From IMG/VR virus record IMGVR_UViG_2675903495_000009: a stretch of 8,656 nucleotides of DNA; one strand, given 5' to 3'. This document shows positions 5,940-8,656 of the stretch, in pieces. Source of the DNA: a virus. Its lineage: Duplodnaviria; Heunggongvirae; Uroviricota; Caudoviricetes. Positions within the stretch are counted from its first letter, which is position 1, and each line of letters begins with the position of its first letter. The position numbers were made by a program, and so were the translations under genes. The notes beneath the pieces are model-generated. The model worked only from the letters and a program-made list of their open reading frames with translations. It made no database searches and was not told where the DNA came from.

Positions 5940-6609
5940 ACAAATCATCAGCCTTTGTTCCCATCCCTCCCAGTCCATGACCAATGATGTGATGCGGATC
6001 ATCTGCCTGATTGCCACACGTCATGCATTTCTGCGTTTTTACCCAGCGCGTGTATACAGGCATCTCTTCCCGTTGTGATTTCTGGCGCTGGAGATACTGA
6101 GCCGGTGACTCCGGATCAACGGCAATGCTGACCACCGTCTTTTCCTGTGGTGGGTTCTGTTGCTGGTGGACGTGAGGCAGTAACGCAATATTTTTTGTGC
6201 GCTGCTTCAGTATGCTGGTGGCTGTCTGCTCTCCCGGTATGATGTCGCTTTCACTGTACACAGAGCGAATTTTTTCCGCACGCAACCCCAGCGAACGACG
6301 TAATACCGCTTCCGGTAGCGCGTCCGCCACCTGATTGCGGACCGCCCACCAGGATAATTCAGCCAGAGATAATTCACGCTCCTGCGTACCGCTTATTGCG
6401 TGACCGATGACGTCAATCATCCATGCTGACAGGTTTTGATGAGCAAGTTGCTCGAGTGATTCGGATGTCTGGTCACGCAGCTGGTTGTCGCAGTGCCAGC
6501 ACAACACCATTGCGCCGGTACCATAACGGTGAATGACGGTTTCGCTGTGATGATAATCGCCGTGTGGCCACTGGCAGGATTTAATATGGCGCAACAGCCA
6601 GTCAGACAA
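5940..6609 (-). CDS. Prophage protein, DUF968/YdfU-like (recalled family), Cys/His-rich; both ends inside masks
   Basis: Visible 223 aa with CQWPHGDYHH...CWHCDNQ near the N-terminal side and CMTCGNQADDPHHIIGHGLGG near the C-terminal side, suggesting zinc-binding or HNH-like motifs. Gene order hok - short ORF - this gene - Q parallels hokD-rem-ydfU-quuQ in the K-12 Qin prophage. The track's TTG start at 6609 is probably not the true start. Confidence 0.5.
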
Positions 6610-6906
6610 TGCANNNNNNNNNNNNNNNNNNNNNNNNNNNNNNNNNNNNNNNNNNNNNNNNNNNNNNNNNNNNNNNNNNNNNNNNNNNNNNNNNNNNNNN
6701 NNNNNNNNNNNNNNNNNNNNNNNNNNNNNNNNNNNNNNNNNNNNNNNNNNNNNNNNNNNNNNNNNNNNNNNNNNNNNNNNNNNNNNNNNNNNNNNNNNNN
6801 NNNNNNNNNNNNNNNNNNNNNNNNNNNNNNNNNNACCTCCAGATCCGTTGCTGGAATGTGCGGGACGGACGCGTTGGCCGTTCGGAGTAAGGGAGCCTGA
6901 CGGAGA

Positions 6907-7191
6907 TTATCCAGTGACGGTAGTCGAGGCTAAGGGCTTTTTTAACCTCGCATCCGCGCCTGCGGTAACACTGAATGAGCCATTCGGCCTGTTCTTCAGT
7001 GCATGGGGGATGCTGGTACCAATCAGATTTAAATGCGTGAGAGCGCCGCCCGTGCCTGCTGGCAAAGACGGCTGAATTATCAGAATTGTGTAGTCTGGAA
7101 GGCAGTGGCTGACAATAGCGCCATTCTCAACGCGCACAGTATAGAGGCCATCTTCACTAAAAATTTCACGTAATTCTTCGATTTTCATCAA
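6907..7191 (-). CDS. Hypothetical small protein; only the first ~38 codons look protein-like (possible frameshifted gene)
   Basis: ATGATG start with AAGGA Shine-Dalgarno 8 nt upstream; MMKIEELREIFSEDGLYTVRVENGAIVSHCLPDYTILII then a low-complexity tail. An alternative frame is open and protein-like from about 7120 into the mask at 6834 but has no ATG/GTG/TTG. Confidence 0.3.
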   Translation of the reverse strand: MMKIEELREIFSEDGLYTVRVENGAIVSHCLPDYTILIIQPSLPAGTGGALTHLNLIGTSIPHALKNRPNGSFSVTAGADARLKKPLASTTVTG

Positions 7192-7516
7192 CAGAATCCT
7201 TCCAGATAAATAGCACTCCCCTGTTCGGGGTCCATCCCTCTTCTCCCTGCGCGCTACTTAAGTATTNNNNNNNNNNNNNNNNNNNNNNNNNNNNNNNNNN
7301 NNNNNNNNNNNNNNNNNNNNNNNNNNNNNNNNNNNNNNNNNNNNNNNNNNNNNNNNNNNNNNNNNNNNNNNNNNNNNNNNNNNNNNNNNNNNNNNNNNNN
7401 NNNNNNNNNNNNNNNNNNNNNNNNNNNNNNNNNNNNNNNNNNNNNNNNNNNNNNNNNNNNNNNNNNNNNNNNNNNNNNNNNNNNNNNNNNNNNNNNNNNN
7501 NNNNNNNNNNNNNNNN

Positions 7517-7579
7517 CACTATGACGGTTAAACAGATGACGATCAGGGCGATTAACATCGCCTTTTGCTGCTTCATAGC
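7517..7579 (-). CDS. hokD: Hok-family type I toxin, HokD/RelF-like (visible N-terminal 20 codons; rest inside mask 7267..7516)
   Basis: MKQQKAMLIALIVICLTVIV matches the HokD/RelF N-terminus as I recall it (MKQQKAMLIALIVICLTVIVTALVTRKDLCEV...). AAGGAG Shine-Dalgarno 9 nt upstream. Expected length about 50 aa, so the stop should fall near 7430 inside the mask. Confidence 0.8.
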
Positions 7580-7867
7580 CTGCTTCTCCTTGCCTTTCGG
7601 CACGTAAGAGGCTAACCTAGATTTGCCGTTCATAGATTGAGCCTCAGATTAATGTTAAGCGTCTTGCCGGACGCGTAATGTTAACTGGGGCTTTTCTCTA
7701 TCTGCCTTTTGGTGTTCATGCCTGAGACAGATAGCCTCAAGCACCCGCTGCAATTCTACTTAACTCTCCTTTTCCCGCAAACCGTTTTTATCCCCAGCGG
7801 CAAATCGAATACACCACCAGCGCCACCGCCATCGCAATTCCTACCGTTGTTAATGCTTCAGGCCAGG

Positions 7868-8212
7868 TCATCGTAAAATATCCTCCACGCTTATCAGTCC
7901 GTTCCGCTCCAGATAACTCATCGCCTTATCCGGTAATTTGCAGTCTGGCTTCGCTTTCCTCAGTTGCCAGGTTAACTGCTTTACCAGCATGGTTAACTCA
8001 TCGACCAGACGCTGATATCCCACTGGTTTGTATTCATGCAATTTACCGGCTGGCTCTGCTGCCAGCGATACCAGTGCGATTTCCAGAACAGCAATATCCA
8101 TCTTATATGTGCGGATGATGTCATGGTCGATTGTGCCCGGTATGCACAGTCTCTGTGCTTCAATAGTCTCCTCTGCGTGAGCTATTAACTGCTCTCTGGT
8201 AAAAGTCGTCAT
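7868..8212 (-). CDS. Hypothetical nin-region protein (114 aa)
   Basis: [23 protein letters not shown]... Shares the N-terminal MTTxTxE motif and an IAL(A/V)SL(E/A)AEP motif with the upstream 55-aa ORF. Its ATG overlaps the stop of that ORF (ATGA). Confidence 0.5.
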   Translation of the reverse strand: MTTFTREQLIAHAEETIEAQRLCIPGTIDHDIIRTYKMDIAVLEIALVSLAAEPAGKLHEYKPVGYQRLVDELTMLVKQLTWQLRKAKPDCKLPDKAMSYLERNGLISVEDILR

Positions 8213-8376
8213 GCCGTAGCCCCTTCTTGATATTTTTCAAACCAGAACACAACCGGCTCTGCTTCCAGCGATGCCAGCGCAATCCGTGCCAGTTCCATTT
8301 GTTCACCACGGGTAAGCCCGTTTTCAAGCGGGTTTTTAATGAACAATTCAATACGTTCTTTGGTAATAGTGGTCAT
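8209..8376 (-). CDS. Hypothetical small acidic protein (55 aa), below the ORF-track cutoff
   Basis: Translated by hand: [55 protein letters not shown]. Strong Shine-Dalgarno (TAAGGAG, 6-nt spacer) that overlaps the stop of CDS 8387..8617. Confidence 0.45.
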   Translation of the reverse strand: MTTITKERIELFIKNPLENGLTRGEQMELARIALASLEAEPVVFWFEKYQEGATA

Positions 8377-8386
8377 GTGTTACTCC

Positions 8387-8617
8387 TTAACCCGCAGTGC
8401 TTTCAACTGATGAGGGGAACAAAATCTTTTCATCAAACCCTGCATTCATATCATGAACAGCAACACACCAATCCATCGACGAACGATTATCAAGAGCCTC
8501 CATGATTTCATCCATGCGGCGTAGGTCATACAGGTAAATGCTTTTATCGCCAATGGTGTAAAAGCCAATTTTTTTCGGTGATGGATGAGGTGTACTGGCA
8601 ATAGCGGACACTACCAT
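8387..8617 (-). CDS. Hypothetical protein (76 aa); first 10 codons lie in the right arm of the inverted repeat
   Basis: MVVSAIASTPHPSPKKIGFYTIGDKSIYLYDLRRMDEIMEALDNRSSMDWCVAVHDMNAGFDEKILFPSSVESTAG. No clear Shine-Dalgarno. An in-frame TAA four codons upstream rules out extension beyond the window. Confidence 0.35.
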   Translation of the reverse strand: MVVSAIASTPHPSPKKIGFYTIGDKSIYLYDLRRMDEIMEALDNRSSMDWCVAVHDMNAGFDEKILFPSSVESTAG

Positions 8618-8656
8618 TTGTTCTTTTTTTAAGCAGCCATCTGATGATATTTTTCC
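8586..8656. repeat. Right arm of the perfect 71-bp inverted repeat (partner 23..93)
   Basis: See partner entry; the match reaches the window edge. Confidence 0.8.

Noticed and set aside
5613-6900. Minus ORF 5613..6017 and plus ORFs 6493..6900 and 6609..6890
   Set aside because: They consist largely of masked sequence; the visible parts are out of frame with or antisense to the rusA and DUF968-like genes.
7580-7633. Upstream in-frame ATG giving an 18-codon N-terminal extension of Hok (track ORF 7166..7633)
   Set aside because: A strong AAGGAG Shine-Dalgarno sits directly before the canonical Hok ATG at 7579, and Hok proteins start MK..; the extension has no Shine-Dalgarno. The track ORF's C-terminal part after the mask is in an arbitrary frame.
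8160-8505. Minus ORF 8160..8351 and plus ORF 8227..8505
   Set aside because: Out of frame with or antisense to the two coupled small CDSs 8209..8376 and 7868..8212, which have proper Shine-Dalgarno sequences and start/stop coupling.
1-8656. CRISPR array, IS element or transposase, integrase/att site, restriction endonuclease partner for the methylase
   Set aside because: No regularly spaced short direct repeats, no transposase or integrase-like ORF, no terminal inverted repeats typical of IS elements (the 71-bp repeat flanks 8.5 kb of phage genes), and no endonuclease-like ORF next to the MTase. None is supported by the visible sequence.

Overview
Minus-strand segment of a lambdoid (Stx-phage-like) prophage of an E. 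coli-type host. Reading right to left in transcription order: three small nin-region ORFs, a hokD-like type I toxin gene, a short ORF with a frame anomaly, a DUF968/YdfU-like gene, rusA, two tandem diverged rusA-Q modules, a lambda-type late promoter PR'/qut with tR', a small winged-helix-like ORF, a DNA methyltransferase, a phage tRNA trio (Ile2-CAU, Arg-UCG, Arg-UCU), an AT-rich cargo island in the slot where Stx phages carry stx, and a DUF1737-like gene leading toward the lysis module. No Shiga toxin, integrase, IS element or CRISPR array is visible. A perfect 71-bp inverted repeat sits at the two window edges. Seven N-runs (about 1.6 kb, roughly 18% of the window) hide the interiors of the methylase, both Q copies, both rusA copies, the DUF968 gene and hok, so every call crossing a mask is provisional. 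The most novel-looking candidates are (i) two convergent orphan ORFs in the AT-rich island whose rare Arg/Ile codons match the adjacent tRNAs, and (ii) the uncharacterised three-gene operon that replaces relBE upstream of hok. All family assignments are from memory of protein sequences and motifs, not from a database search.
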